A stretch of DNA of 64,000 bases, from assembly GCA_903824855.1 (NCBI GenBank), contig CAIJYI010000037.1, positions 18,684 to 82,683 of the forward strand, read 5' to 3'. The DNA is from an uncultured bacterium. GTDB lineage: Bacteria; Patescibacteriota; Minisyncoccia; Phycocordibacterales; CAIJYI01. The translations under genes were made by a program, and so were the position numbers. The notes beneath the pieces are model-generated. The model worked only from the letters and a program-made list of their open reading frames with translations, had not been told where the DNA came from and made no database searches. Numbering within the stretch: position 1 is the first letter of the stretch; every line of letters starts with the position of its first letter. Below, piece after piece: positions 39,661 through 48,757 of the stretch.

Positions 39661-40746
39661 ATGAAAATCGAAATCAAAAAACTTCCCAAATCTCTCGTTG
39701 AGATTATGGGCACAATAGATACAGAGGACTTTGAATCCTTCCGAGGAAAAGCAATGAAGCACTTAGCTGAACATGCCGACCTACCGGGATTTAGAAAAGG
39801 TCATATCCCTGAAGCAACCCTGATAAGTGCGATTGGCGAAATGCCGATCCTTGAAGAAATGGCCGAAATAGCCATTGATTCACGTTATCCGGAAATTATT
39901 ATGGGAAACAAAATAGATGCCATCGGACATCCGAGCATTTCCATATTAAAACTCGCAAAAGCAAACCCTTTTGAGTTTAAAATCGTCACCGCCGTCGTTC
40001 CTGAAATTGAACTTCCTGATTACAAAAAAATTGCCGGGAAGAAAACCAAAGACACGATTAAGGTAACAGTTGAAGACAAAGAAGTTGATGATGTTATCCT
40101 AAACATCAGAAAACAACGCGCAGGAAAAGCGGAGACAATGGGAGAAGAAGGCACCGTCATTGAAACTGAAATTAAAGAAGAAAATCTCCCCGCCCTCGAT
40201 GAAGAATTCCTTAAATCTTTAGGTGAATTTAAAACTGTCGATGATTTGAAAAAATTATTGAGAGAAAATATGACGAAAGAAAAGGAGCAACAGGCAAAAG
40301 AAAAAAGAAGAATGGAAATCATAAATGCTATCAGCGAAGAAACAAAAGCTGAACTTCCTGATATTCTCATTGAAAGCGAGCTCGGACGAATGGTGGCTCA
40401 ATTCAAGCATGATGTTTCTCAGATGGGAATTAAATTTGAGGATTATCTTGTCCACTTGAAAAAAACAGAAGAAGATATGAAGAAGGAATGGACAAAAGAC
40501 GCGGAAGCGAGAGCAAAAACTCAACTTATCATCAATAAAATTGCAGACGAAGAAAAGATTAATCCGGAAAAAGCGGATCTTGAAAAAGAAATTGATCATA
40601 TTATGGAACACTATCCTGATGCCGACAGAAACAGAACCATAGGATATGTTGAAATGGTTATGACCAACGAAAAAGTTTTGGAATTCCTTGAATCTCCTAC
40701 AAAAAAAGGAAAGGAAAAAGAGGAAGAAAAAGAAGTGGAAAAATAA
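39661..40746 (+). CDS. tig: Trigger factor lacking the FKBP-type PPIase domain
   Basis: LPGFRKGHIP ribosome-binding motif and C-terminal chaperone domain, only ~361 aa; TTGACA-N17-TATGCT promoter ends 7 nt before ATG 39661. Confidence 0.92.
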   Translation: MKIEIKKLPKSLVEIMGTIDTEDFESFRGKAMKHLAEHADLPGFRKGHIPEATLISAIGEMPILEEMAEIAIDSRYPEIIMGNKIDAIGHPSISILKLAKANPFEFKIVTAVVPEIELPDYKKIAGKKTKDTIKVTVEDKEVDDVILNIRKQRAGKAETMGEEGTVIETEIKEENLPALDEEFLKSLGEFKTVDDLKKLLRENMTKEKEQQAKEKRRMEIINAISEETKAELPDILIESELGRMVAQFKHDVSQMGIKFEDYLVHLKKTEEDMKKEWTKDAEARAKTQLIINKIADEEKINPEKADLEKEIDHIMEHYPDADRNRTIGYVEMVMTNEKVLEFLESPTKKGKEKEEEKEVEK

Positions 40747-40792
40747 AAAAAGAAACCCTCTGCTCAATAACGAGCAGAGGGTTTTTTGTTTT

Positions 40793-41971
40793 TTATTGCT
40801 TATGTTCCTCTTGGTATATTTTAATCGCTTCCGCAATAACTTTTGGAACTTTTCGATCTAACGAAATAGGAAGAATTTTATCTTTTTTGGGTCGTTTTAT
40901 CATTCCCGCAATAGCCTCTGCTACGCGAATGAGCATTTCTTCAGTAATTTTCTTCACTCCGTTATCTAATACTCCACGGAAAACGCCCGGGAATACGAGG
41001 CAATTATTCGTCTGATTGGGAAATTTTGAACTTCCTGTCGCGACGATAAAAGCACCGGCATCTAATGCGACGTCCGGAAGAATTTCAGGAATCGGATTAG
41101 ATAAAGCAAAAATGAGCGGATCTTTATTCATACGAAGAACCATTTCTTTGGTGAGAATATTCGGGGCGGAAACTCCGATAAAAATATCCTTGCAACCAAT
41201 GATATCCGAAAGAGTTCCGCTTTCATTAAATCTGTTGGTCTTTTTCGCGATGAGATATTTTTCGCGGTTTTTTTCATCCGGAGTAATCAGGTCGGAACGT
41301 CCTTCCCTTATTGCACCTTTTGTATCAACCACGACAATATTCAAGAACCCGTAGGTCAGAAGCAGTTTTGTAATGGCAATACCGGCAGCACCGGCGCCAT
41401 TTACCACTATTTCCACCTCTTCTTTATTAAGGTGGCGCAAACGCAGAGCGTTTATTAGTCCTGCGAGAACAACTACTGCTGTTCCCCACTGGTCATCATG
41501 CATCACCGGAATATCCAATTCTTCCCGAAGCCTTTGTTCTATTTCAAAACAACGAGGAGCAGAAATATCTTCCAGATTAATACCACCAAAAGTTGGAGCA
41601 ATTTGTTTGACGAATTTAACAATATCATCAACATCGTGCGCGTCGATACATAAAGGAAACGCATCTACTCCGCCCAATTGTTTGAAAAGGACCGCTTTCC
41701 CTTCCATCACAGGAAGAGCCGCTTCAGGACCAAGATTACCAAGTCCGAGAATCGCTGTTCCGTCAGAAACGACGGCGACCGTGTTCTTTTTTATAGTTAA
41801 TTCTTTGGCAAGTGATATATCTTTTCCGATTACGATACAAGGCTCCGCCACCCCGGGTGTATATAAAAGAGAAAGGTCTTCAATATTCCGAATTTTCTTT
41901 TTTATGCCTGTTTCTATTTTTCCACCAAGCTCAAAATGAAGAGCGAGGGATTTTTCAGATGTACTCGACAT
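40793..41971 (-). CDS. NAD(P)-dependent malic enzyme (small bacterial type)
   Basis: YTPGVA, DGTAILGLGNLG, PVMEGKAVLFK, INLEDISAPRCF, HDDQWGTA, GAGAAG, NNCLVFPG. Confidence 0.93.
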   Translation of the reverse strand: MSSTSEKSLALHFELGGKIETGIKKKIRNIEDLSLLYTPGVAEPCIVIGKDISLAKELTIKKNTVAVVSDGTAILGLGNLGPEAALPVMEGKAVLFKQLGGVDAFPLCIDAHDVDDIVKFVKQIAPTFGGINLEDISAPRCFEIEQRLREELDIPVMHDDQWGTAVVVLAGLINALRLRHLNKEEVEIVVNGAGAAGIAITKLLLTYGFLNIVVVDTKGAIREGRSDLITPDEKNREKYLIAKKTNRFNESGTLSDIIGCKDIFIGVSAPNILTKEMVLRMNKDPLIFALSNPIPEILPDVALDAGAFIVATGSSKFPNQTNNCLVFPGVFRGVLDNGVKKITEEMLIRVAEAIAGMIKRPKKDKILPISLDRKVPKVIAEAIKIYQEEHKQ

Positions 41972-42104
41972 TTTTATTTTCCTCATAAGGTCAAAAAAAT
42001 GATTATTATTTTCCTCACAGAACGTGAGGAATCTGTTTTTAGAATACTGCTTGTACGTTATTCTGTCAAATAAAAACCCGCCTTCCAGAGAAAGCGGGTT
42101 GCCT

Positions 42105-42290
42105 TTAAAACATCGGAGATGCAATAAAAGGAATTATATAAACGGCGTACAAATAGAATGCCCATAAGAGCCCGGTGAAACCGAAAATAGAAAGAGGGAG
42201 CGCTTTATAAAAGCCTTCACTCACTTCAACAACTCCGGAAGCAACAAGTAAACCAACCGATACAACGAGCAACAAAACTGCCCAAATCAT
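42105..42290 (-). CDS. Small two-helix membrane protein
   Basis: MIWAVLLLVV... after AAGGAG RBS and a TTGACA promoter. Confidence 0.6.
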   Translation of the reverse strand: MIWAVLLLVVSVGLLVASGVVEVSEGFYKALPLSIFGFTGLLWAFYLYAVYIIPFIASPMF

Positions 42291-42427
42291 GATAATTTCT
42301 CCTTTTTGAAAAACTTTAATCTGCATTTAGTATACCAAAGTTAGGACTACTTGTCAAGTAAACATCGGTGTGCTATACTATCGACGTTATCAAATAGATA
42401 ACAACTACAAGTTAAAATCTTACCTAT

Positions 42428-43009
42428 ATGTTAATTCCTACAGTAATCGAAAAGTCACAATTCGGCGAACGCGCATACGACATCTACTCTCGCCTTCTTC
42501 GCGAGCGTATCGTCTTCCTCGCGGGCCCAATCGATGATTACACCGCAAATATCGTTATTGCACAGCTTCTTTTCCTTGAAGCAGAAGACCCAAAAAAGGA
42601 TATTATGCTCTATATCAACAGCCCGGGAGGTTCGGTCACCGCAGGCCTCGCCATCTATGACACAATGGAGCACATCAAACCCGATGTTTCTACCATTTGC
42701 GTCGGTATCGCCGCATCTATGGGTGCCGTACTTCTCTCTTCCGGAGCCAAGGGAAAGCGTTTTGCTCTCCCGAATGCCGAAGTTATGATTCATCAGGTTA
42801 TGGGTGGAGCCGAAGGACAAGCATCAGATATAGAGATTACCGCTCGCCACATCCTAAAAACAAAGGAAAACTTAGGCCGAATTCTCGCCAAAAACACCAA
42901 GAAAAGCATTGAGCGAGTCACCAAAGACTCTGATCGCGACTACTATATGAGCGCAGAAGAAGCCAAAGCCTATGGATTGGTTGACGATGTATTCCATCCT
43001 AAAACCTAA
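42428..43009 (+). CDS. clpP: ATP-dependent Clp protease proteolytic subunit
   Basis: [38 protein letters not shown]. Confidence 0.98.
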   Translation: MLIPTVIEKSQFGERAYDIYSRLLRERIVFLAGPIDDYTANIVIAQLLFLEAEDPKKDIMLYINSPGGSVTAGLAIYDTMEHIKPDVSTICVGIAASMGAVLLSSGAKGKRFALPNAEVMIHQVMGGAEGQASDIEITARHILKTKENLGRILAKNTKKSIERVTKDSDRDYYMSAEEAKAYGLVDDVFHPKT

Positions 43010-43018
43010 CTCTAAAAT

Positions 43019-43053
43019 AAAAAAGAACGATTACTGTGTAATCGTTCTTTTTT
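43019..43053 (+). terminator. clpP terminator
   Basis: AAAAGAACGATTAC-TGT-GTAATCGTTCTTTTTT. Confidence 0.8.
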
Positions 43054-43056
43054 CAG

Positions 43057-43116
43057 TATTTCGTCGTAATTTCGTCGTACTTTATAAACTTGATGAACTT
43101 TATAACTTGATAAACT
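43057..43116. repeat. Second copy of the CGTCGTAC + 8-9 bp tandem repeat family
   Basis: TTTCGTCGTAATTTCGTCGTACTTTATAAACTTGATGAACTTTATAACTTGATAAACT; same units as 29534-29787. Confidence 0.75.
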
Positions 43117-43183
43117 GAATGAACTCCGATTTATTGGACTTTTATCCCCCACTCTGCTATTATCGAAGTATTCGTTATGAGTT

Positions 43184-43335
43184 AATTCCCGCTACCGAAG
43201 GGTTGCGGACACAGGTTTCACTCGAAAGAATACCCCCATAAAATCTTATGCGATTTCAATTACGAAAAACATCTATTATACTCAATATTCTGATAGAAAC
43301 GCCTAGGTGGTAGGGGTTTTCGCGTAGAGCGGAAC
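43184..43335 (+). ncRNA. Candidate 6S-like RNA or structured rny leader
   Basis: Terminal pairing TTCC(C)GCTAC/GTAGAGCGGAA and inner GTTTC..AGAATA/TATTCT..GAAAC; upstream TGCTATTAT promoter; ssrS lies near rny in several lineages. Confidence 0.35.
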
Positions 43336-43343
43336 CAACCACA

Positions 43344-44867
43344 ATGTTATTACAAATATTATCGCTCGTTGCCATCACTCTCGCTGGGGTGGTTTTCGGG
43401 TATTACCTTCGCCTGTTGGTATCTTTGGGCAAAAAAGGTTCTATGGAAATTCAGATAAAGCAAATGCTCCTGAATGCCAAAGAAGACGCACAGAAGATCA
43501 CCACAAAAGCGGAGAAAGAAGCAGCAGCAAAGTTAGAAGAATTTAAGGCGGAGGAAAAAGAGAAAAAAGAAGTCCTCAAAAGAACAGAAGATCGTTATAT
43601 TAAAAAAGAAGAACTCCTCGATAAACGCCAACAAGATATTGACCGTGAAGTCGAAGGATTAAAGCAAAAAGTCGTCGAAATAAAGAAAATCCGCGAAGAT
43701 AGTGAGGATTTAAAAAAAGGCATTGAGAAAGACCTCGCAAGAATTGCCAATCTCACTCCTGAAAAAGCAAAAGAAGAGCTTATTCTAAAAATTGAGAAAC
43801 AAAGCGAAGAAGATATCCTCGTTCGCATCCAAAAATTGGAAATGACGGGAGCTGAAAAATTAGAGAGAAAAGCGAAAGAAATACTCACCACAGCCATTCA
43901 TCGCCTTGGAAATTCCGTTTCTTCAGATGTTCTTACCACCGCCGTAACCATTCCGAACGATGAAATCAAAGGAAAGATTATCGGAAAAGAAGGCCGTAAC
44001 ATCCGTGCATTTGAAAGAGTTGCCGGTGTTGAGCTTATCGTTGACGATACCCCGGGTTCTATCACTATCTCAGCTTTTGACCCGGTAAGAAGGAATATCG
44101 CAAAGCTTGCCCTTGAAAATCTTATCGCTGACGGACGCATCCAACCGGTCAAGATTGAAGAAATGGTTGATAAAGCCAAAAATGAGATTAATAAAATCAT
44201 TAAAGAATCGGGAGAAAAAGCGGTTTACGAATGTGGAGTTTATAATCTTGATCCTCGCATCGTTTCCATTCTTGGACGTCTCCACTTCAGAACAAGCTAC
44301 GGACAAAACGTCCTTCAACATTCCATCGAAATGGCTCACATCTGCGGAATGCTCGCAGCAGAACTCGGCGCTGACGTTCAGATAGCCAAAGCGGGCGCCC
44401 TTCTCCACGACATCGGTAAAGCCGTTGACCACGAGATTCAAGGAACGCACGTTGATATCGGAAGAAGAATTCTTCAGAAATTCGGAGCTGATGAAAGAAT
44501 CATCAAAGCGATGCAAGCCCATCACGAAGAATATCCATACGAAACTATTGAATCAATTCTCGTTCAGGTTGCCGACGCCATTTCCGGCGGACGCCCGGGA
44601 GCAAGACGTGATTCCGTTGAAAATTACATCAAAAGATTGGAAGAACTTGAAAGAATTGCTAATTCATTTACCGGCGTAGAAAAAGCATATGCATTGCAAG
44701 CCGGTCGTGAAATTCGCGTTTTTGTTTTCCCCGATGCCATCTCAGATCTTGAAGCAAAACGCCTCGCACGAGAAATCGCGCTTCGCGTAGAAAACGAACT
44801 CAAATACCCCGGAGAAATAAAAGTAAACGTTATTCGAGAAACAAGAGTTATCGAATACGCACGATAA
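43344..44867 (+). CDS. rny: Ribonuclease Y
   Basis: N-terminal TM, coiled coil, KH domain (KGKIIGKEGRNIR), HD domain (LLHDIGK), ADAISGGRPGARR. Confidence 0.97.
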   Translation: MLLQILSLVAITLAGVVFGYYLRLLVSLGKKGSMEIQIKQMLLNAKEDAQKITTKAEKEAAAKLEEFKAEEKEKKEVLKRTEDRYIKKEELLDKRQQDIDREVEGLKQKVVEIKKIREDSEDLKKGIEKDLARIANLTPEKAKEELILKIEKQSEEDILVRIQKLEMTGAEKLERKAKEILTTAIHRLGNSVSSDVLTTAVTIPNDEIKGKIIGKEGRNIRAFERVAGVELIVDDTPGSITISAFDPVRRNIAKLALENLIADGRIQPVKIEEMVDKAKNEINKIIKESGEKAVYECGVYNLDPRIVSILGRLHFRTSYGQNVLQHSIEMAHICGMLAAELGADVQIAKAGALLHDIGKAVDHEIQGTHVDIGRRILQKFGADERIIKAMQAHHEEYPYETIESILVQVADAISGGRPGARRDSVENYIKRLEELERIANSFTGVEKAYALQAGREIRVFVFPDAISDLEAKRLAREIALRVENELKYPGEIKVNVIRETRVIEYAR

Positions 44868-45176
44868 AAAACATATCCTAAATTATCGCTCTAAATCGCA
44901 CTTTTTACGGGGTGCGATTTTTTGCATTTTATTTAACTATTTCAAAGTGTTCCTTCTTCGGTTGTGAATATCTGTCTCTGCACACGATATTTAATACATC
45001 CTTTTCCTTTCCGTTTCAATCACTCCTGTCAAGTTATTGTGTGGATAGAAAAATATCGCTCTATTGCAAACTATTTTCAATGCTATATAATAAGAGTAAG
45101 AATATTTGGTCGATTCGAATTGTTCGCAAAATTTTTGAGAACAAACGAAACTTATAAAACTAATCAAACTTGTATC

Positions 45177-45449
45177 ATGAACAAGCAAGATCTCATTGAA
45201 GCGGTACATGGCGTTCTCGGTGGAACAAAGAAATCCGCTGAAGATGCTGTTGAGATGGTAATCTCAACTATCGTAGGAAGCTTGAAGAAAGGAGAAGACG
45301 TCTCCGTCGCAGGTCTTGGAATTTTCGCAGTGAAGGCCCGAAAGGCTCGCACCGCTAGAAATCCAAAAACCGGTGAATTGATCCAGGTCGCGGCTATGAC
45401 AGTTCCGAAATTCCGCGCCTCCAAAGCTCTTAAAGATGCGGTAAAGTAA
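45177..45449 (+). CDS. hup: DNA-binding protein HU
   Basis: MNKQDLIEAV...GLGIF...ARTARNPKTGE...PKFRASKALKDAVK. Confidence 0.95.
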   Translation: MNKQDLIEAVHGVLGGTKKSAEDAVEMVISTIVGSLKKGEDVSVAGLGIFAVKARKARTARNPKTGELIQVAAMTVPKFRASKALKDAVK

Positions 45450-45473
45450 GACTTCTTACTTTCCAACCTTTAC

Positions 45474-45501
45474 AAAAAACCCTCCGTTCGGAGGGTTTTT
45501 T
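45474..45501. terminator. Bidirectional intrinsic terminator
   Basis: AAAAAACCCTCCGTTCGGAGGGTTTTTT. Confidence 0.85.
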
Positions 45502-45530
45502 GAATCTAAAAAATAAAGTTCAAAAAATGG

Positions 45531-46664
45531 CTAAATAAATATCCTTTGGATTTTCGGGTTAATCCTCGTAACAATCTCATAACTGGAACTATCCGCATAA
45601 GAAGCAACTTCTTCAGGTGTAATAATCTCATCACCCATTTTTCCAATAAGGATAACCTCATCACCCATTTTTGTTTTTTCAATATCGCTCACATCAACCG
45701 TAATCATATCCATAGAAACACGACCAAGGACTCTCGCACGCTTTCCACCGATTAATACGTGCCCAATAGACGACAGCGACCGTGGGAAGCCATGCCAATA
45801 GCCGATAGGACAAATTGCGACCTTGGTATTTTTTTGAAAAGTCTCCGTGAAGTTATAGCCGATTCTCTCCCCTTTCGGTATTATTTTAATTTCAGCAATA
45901 ATCGTTTTCCAGACAAGAATAGGGGATAATTTTATTTTTTTCTCAAGCGCTCGTTTCACCTCCTGCGCAGGCCATAGTCCGGACAAGCCCATTCCGATGC
46001 GAACCATATCAAAATGATATTGAGGGAAAAGAAGAGCCCCCGATGTTGCGCTCGCGTGCTTAATAAAAGTAAAACCGGCATTCATGAGAATCTCCACCGC
46101 CTCTTCAAATTCTTTTGCTTGATTTTCCGTATCAGCGGTAAAACTCGGATTCTTTGCATTAGCAAAATGCGTATAAACGCCTTCTATCACAATTTGTTTG
46201 TTTTTTAAAAGGATAGCGGAAAGCTTTTTCACGTCTTTTATGAAAAATCCCTGACGATGCATACCACTATCAATTTTTATATGAACGCGGGCGGGAGTTT
46301 TTTCTTTCACAAGCAAATTAAGCGCATCAAAACTCGAAAGAGTAATACAAATATTGTTTTTGGTGGCAACATGGATATTTTCATTTATCGTGTAACCCAA
46401 AACAAGCACCGGTTTCGTGATTCCGGCTTTTCTGAGCGCTAAACCCTCGGTAATTGAATCCACCCCGAAGTAATCAGCACCAAGAGTATCCAATTCTTTA
46501 GAAAACCCAATGAGCTCATTTCCATAGGCATTCGATTTCACCACAGCCATCAATTTCGTTCCTGGTTTGATCAGACCGCGAAAAACCTTGTAATTACTCG
46601 CCAGCGCCCGTCTATTGATTTCCAGCCATGTGCGGACTTTTAGTGTTTGGGGTTTGTTGTTCAT
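45531..46664 (-). CDS. alr: Alanine racemase
   Basis: AVVKSNAYG (PLP lysine), KIDSGMHRQG, YTHFA, GRVSMD, YEIVT. Confidence 0.95.
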   Translation of the reverse strand: MNNKPQTLKVRTWLEINRRALASNYKVFRGLIKPGTKLMAVVKSNAYGNELIGFSKELDTLGADYFGVDSITEGLALRKAGITKPVLVLGYTINENIHVATKNNICITLSSFDALNLLVKEKTPARVHIKIDSGMHRQGFFIKDVKKLSAILLKNKQIVIEGVYTHFANAKNPSFTADTENQAKEFEEAVEILMNAGFTFIKHASATSGALLFPQYHFDMVRIGMGLSGLWPAQEVKRALEKKIKLSPILVWKTIIAEIKIIPKGERIGYNFTETFQKNTKVAICPIGYWHGFPRSLSSIGHVLIGGKRARVLGRVSMDMITVDVSDIEKTKMGDEVILIGKMGDEIITPEEVASYADSSSYEIVTRINPKIQRIFI

Positions 46665-46734
46665 TAGATATATTATAACCGAAAATATCGATTTTGGTTA
46701 CTTGCAAAAAATTCCGCGTGTTGCGGAATTTTTT

Positions 46735-46906
46735 TGTGCCCGAGAGAGGAATCTTTCTCCTTACAGGAGCGGTACATGTTTTATACCTCACTTCGCCGAC
46801 CTCGGCTCGTTACGGTATATTCAACATCTTCAAATCCTCACGAAAGAGAAGCAGTTCTCTTTCTTCTCGGGCACACAAAAAATCGGCTCAATGCCGATTT
46901 TTTCTG
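46735..46906 (-). other. tRNA-3'-associated structured element, copy 1 (after tRNA-Leu)
   Basis: Split antisense tRNA copy (46829-46875), 25-nt hairpin insert (46840-46864), 76-nt core (46753-46828) and 16-bp direct repeat of the tRNA 3' end (46735-46750 = 46905-46920); terminator at 46705-46736. Confidence 0.8.
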
Positions 46907-46988
46907 TGCCCGAGAGAGGACTTGAACCTCCATGTATTGCTACATACGCACCTGAAGCGTACGCGTCTACCAATTTCGCCACCCGGGC
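46907..46988 (-). tRNA. tRNA-Leu (anticodon CAG)
   Basis: GCCCGGG/CTCGGGC acceptor, D-loop AAATTGGTAGA, TACGC-TTCAGGT-GCGTA anticodon arm, long variable arm, GGAGG-TTCAAGT-CCTCT; CCA not encoded. Confidence 0.95.
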
Positions 46989-47065
46989 ATACGTGTATAT
47001 AAGGGATTAACAAATCATCCTTATATACACACCCTATCAAATCTCTCTATAAAATACCAATGGTA

Positions 47066-48355
47066 TTACTTCTTAAACCATTTACCGTATTTATCGCCAA
47101 ATTTTTTCAAATTGTCGGAGATGTCTTCTTCTTTATTTTTTTTAATTTCCGGTTTCGAATCCTCTTCTTTCTCTTCAATCAGTTCTTCACTATTCAATGC
47201 TGAAATTTCTTCTGATAGTTCTTCCTCAAATTCTTTTTTCAACTTAACCGGTTTTGGTTTCTTTCCTTCAATAATTTCGAGCATTTCCTCAATCTCATTT
47301 TTCGGCAAAAGTCCCTGTAAAACACCTCGGAATATTTGCTCTTGAAATTTCTTTTGCAGGATATTTGTCATTCCTCCCGGTGGCATACCTTTTCTTATCC
47401 AGTTGATATAAGGATATGCGGTTTCGCTAATAGGGAGAGTAACCAATACAATATCATCCGCCTGATTCGTATCATCAGATTTATTTCGTTTTGCCTTTGC
47501 AATCTGTCTCTTCTTTTTCTCTTGTGTCTCAGGGTTCGTATTCATCGTCAATTGGACACCTATTTCTTCCGTTTCTTCTGATTCTTCAACCCTTACCCCA
47601 CGAAGTCTTTTTGGAATACGAATATAAAAATCTATTTTTCCCTCAACATCTTCGTAAATATCCGCATCTTCAATCTTTATCGGAAGATTACAGTCAATAA
47701 TCATCTTCTGAAAAAATGTTTTAACAATTTTTTCAGCAACTATTCCGGGCTGTATTTCATTTTTTTCTCGCCGTTCTGATACCGCCGTATAAGCCGTGGT
47801 TAGATGCTCACGCCCAATCCTATCAAACTCTGAGGTCGATTTTGGTTTCTGGTGAATTTCTGTTTTTAAAATTTGATCATCCGCCAAAGAAAGAATATTT
47901 CTTCTTGCGTCATCGACAATAAATCGTTTTCTCACTTCTCTCGGAACGGTTCCGTCCATTTCATATAAAATCCCCCATTCCGGGTCAGTCAAGATTTCGC
48001 CTTTTGTTGCAGAAGATTTTGTTCCGTCAGGAAGAGTAATAATGGCTTTTTCCTCTTTTTCGTTCCATGAAACGGAACGCACGGTTGTATCCCCGTCAAA
48101 ACCAATAACGGGTTCATCTTTATCGATGGCCTGCAGTTTTTCATGCAGTTTACCCATTATCTTATTCTTCATATTTTGCAAAGTGAAGATTTCCGCCGCC
48201 GTTTCTTTTGTCCATATCCCTTTTTTCACAAAGTCTTTTCCCATTTGAGTAATCTCACCCTTTATCGTGTTTTTCTCTCCTTCATCTTGAGATTTTTTAA
48301 ACTCGGTTATTTTCTCATTCGTTGCGAGCAACGATTCTTCAAAATTTTCTTTCAT
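47066..48355 (-). CDS. Hypothetical protein, possible PD-(D/E)xK-like nuclease fold
   Basis: GIVAEKIV...EDVEGKIDFYI...IGVQLT pattern with acidic/lysine-rich flanks; lies between the two tRNAs. Confidence 0.6.
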   Translation of the reverse strand: MKENFEESLLATNEKITEFKKSQDEGEKNTIKGEITQMGKDFVKKGIWTKETAAEIFTLQNMKNKIMGKLHEKLQAIDKDEPVIGFDGDTTVRSVSWNEKEEKAIITLPDGTKSSATKGEILTDPEWGILYEMDGTVPREVRKRFIVDDARRNILSLADDQILKTEIHQKPKSTSEFDRIGREHLTTAYTAVSERREKNEIQPGIVAEKIVKTFFQKMIIDCNLPIKIEDADIYEDVEGKIDFYIRIPKRLRGVRVEESEETEEIGVQLTMNTNPETQEKKKRQIAKAKRNKSDDTNQADDIVLVTLPISETAYPYINWIRKGMPPGGMTNILQKKFQEQIFRGVLQGLLPKNEIEEMLEIIEGKKPKPVKLKKEFEEELSEEISALNSEELIEEKEEDSKPEIKKNKEEDISDNLKKFGDKYGKWFKK

Positions 48356-48487
48356 ATGCATACAGAATACCAAATTGAAGAAGAACAAGCAAAAAACTTT
48401 TAAATCTCACAGAAATGATTTCGTCCTCTTACGGTGGTATTTTTTTGTTTTTTATGATATATATAATAGTAATTGAATAAAGAACGG

Positions 48488-48574
48488 GGAGAGGTGGCTG
48501 AGTGGTCGAAAGCGCCTCACTGCTAACGAGGTATCCTGTAAAAAGGATCCAGGGTTCGAATCCCTGCCTCTCCG
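48488..48574 (+). tRNA. tRNA-Ser (anticodon GCT)
   Basis: GGAGAGG/CCTCTCC acceptor, TGGTCGAAAGC D-arm, CTGCTAA anticodon loop, long variable arm, CAGGG-TTCGAAT-CCCTG; followed by CCT, so CCA not encoded. Confidence 0.95.
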
Positions 48575-48757
48575 CCTGTATTAAGAAATGCCCTTTTTAG
48601 GGTATTTTTTAATGCAGGCGGAGAGGAGAAAGACAACTGCTTGTCTTTCGTCGGGGATTCGAAGATGTTGAATATATCGCAACGAGTCGAGATCGACGAA
48701 GTGAGATATAAAACCCGTACCGTCCATGTAATGGAAGAAATTCCCTGCCTCTCCGTC
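48575..48757 (+). other. tRNA-3'-associated structured element, copy 2 (after tRNA-Ser)
   Basis: Split antisense tRNA copy (48617-48663), 25-nt hairpin insert (48627-48651), 76-nt core (48664-48739) and 14-bp direct repeat of the tRNA 3' end (48742-48755 = 48561-48574); terminator at 48763-48786. Confidence 0.8.

Noticed and set aside
46615-47010. ORFs 46615-47010, 46694-47002, 46734-46925 and 48523-48774, which share peptide similarity (YLTSPTSARYGIFNIF vs YLTSSISTRCDIFNIF)
   Set aside because: They run antisense through tRNA genes. The similarity only reflects the shared non-coding element, whose substitutions follow base pairing rather than codon positions.
46907-48574. Classical genomic island between the two tRNAs
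   Set aside because: The tRNAs are divergent, so the intervening DNA lies at their 5' sides. The att-like direct repeats enclose only ~170-180 bp on the 3' sides, with no integrase.
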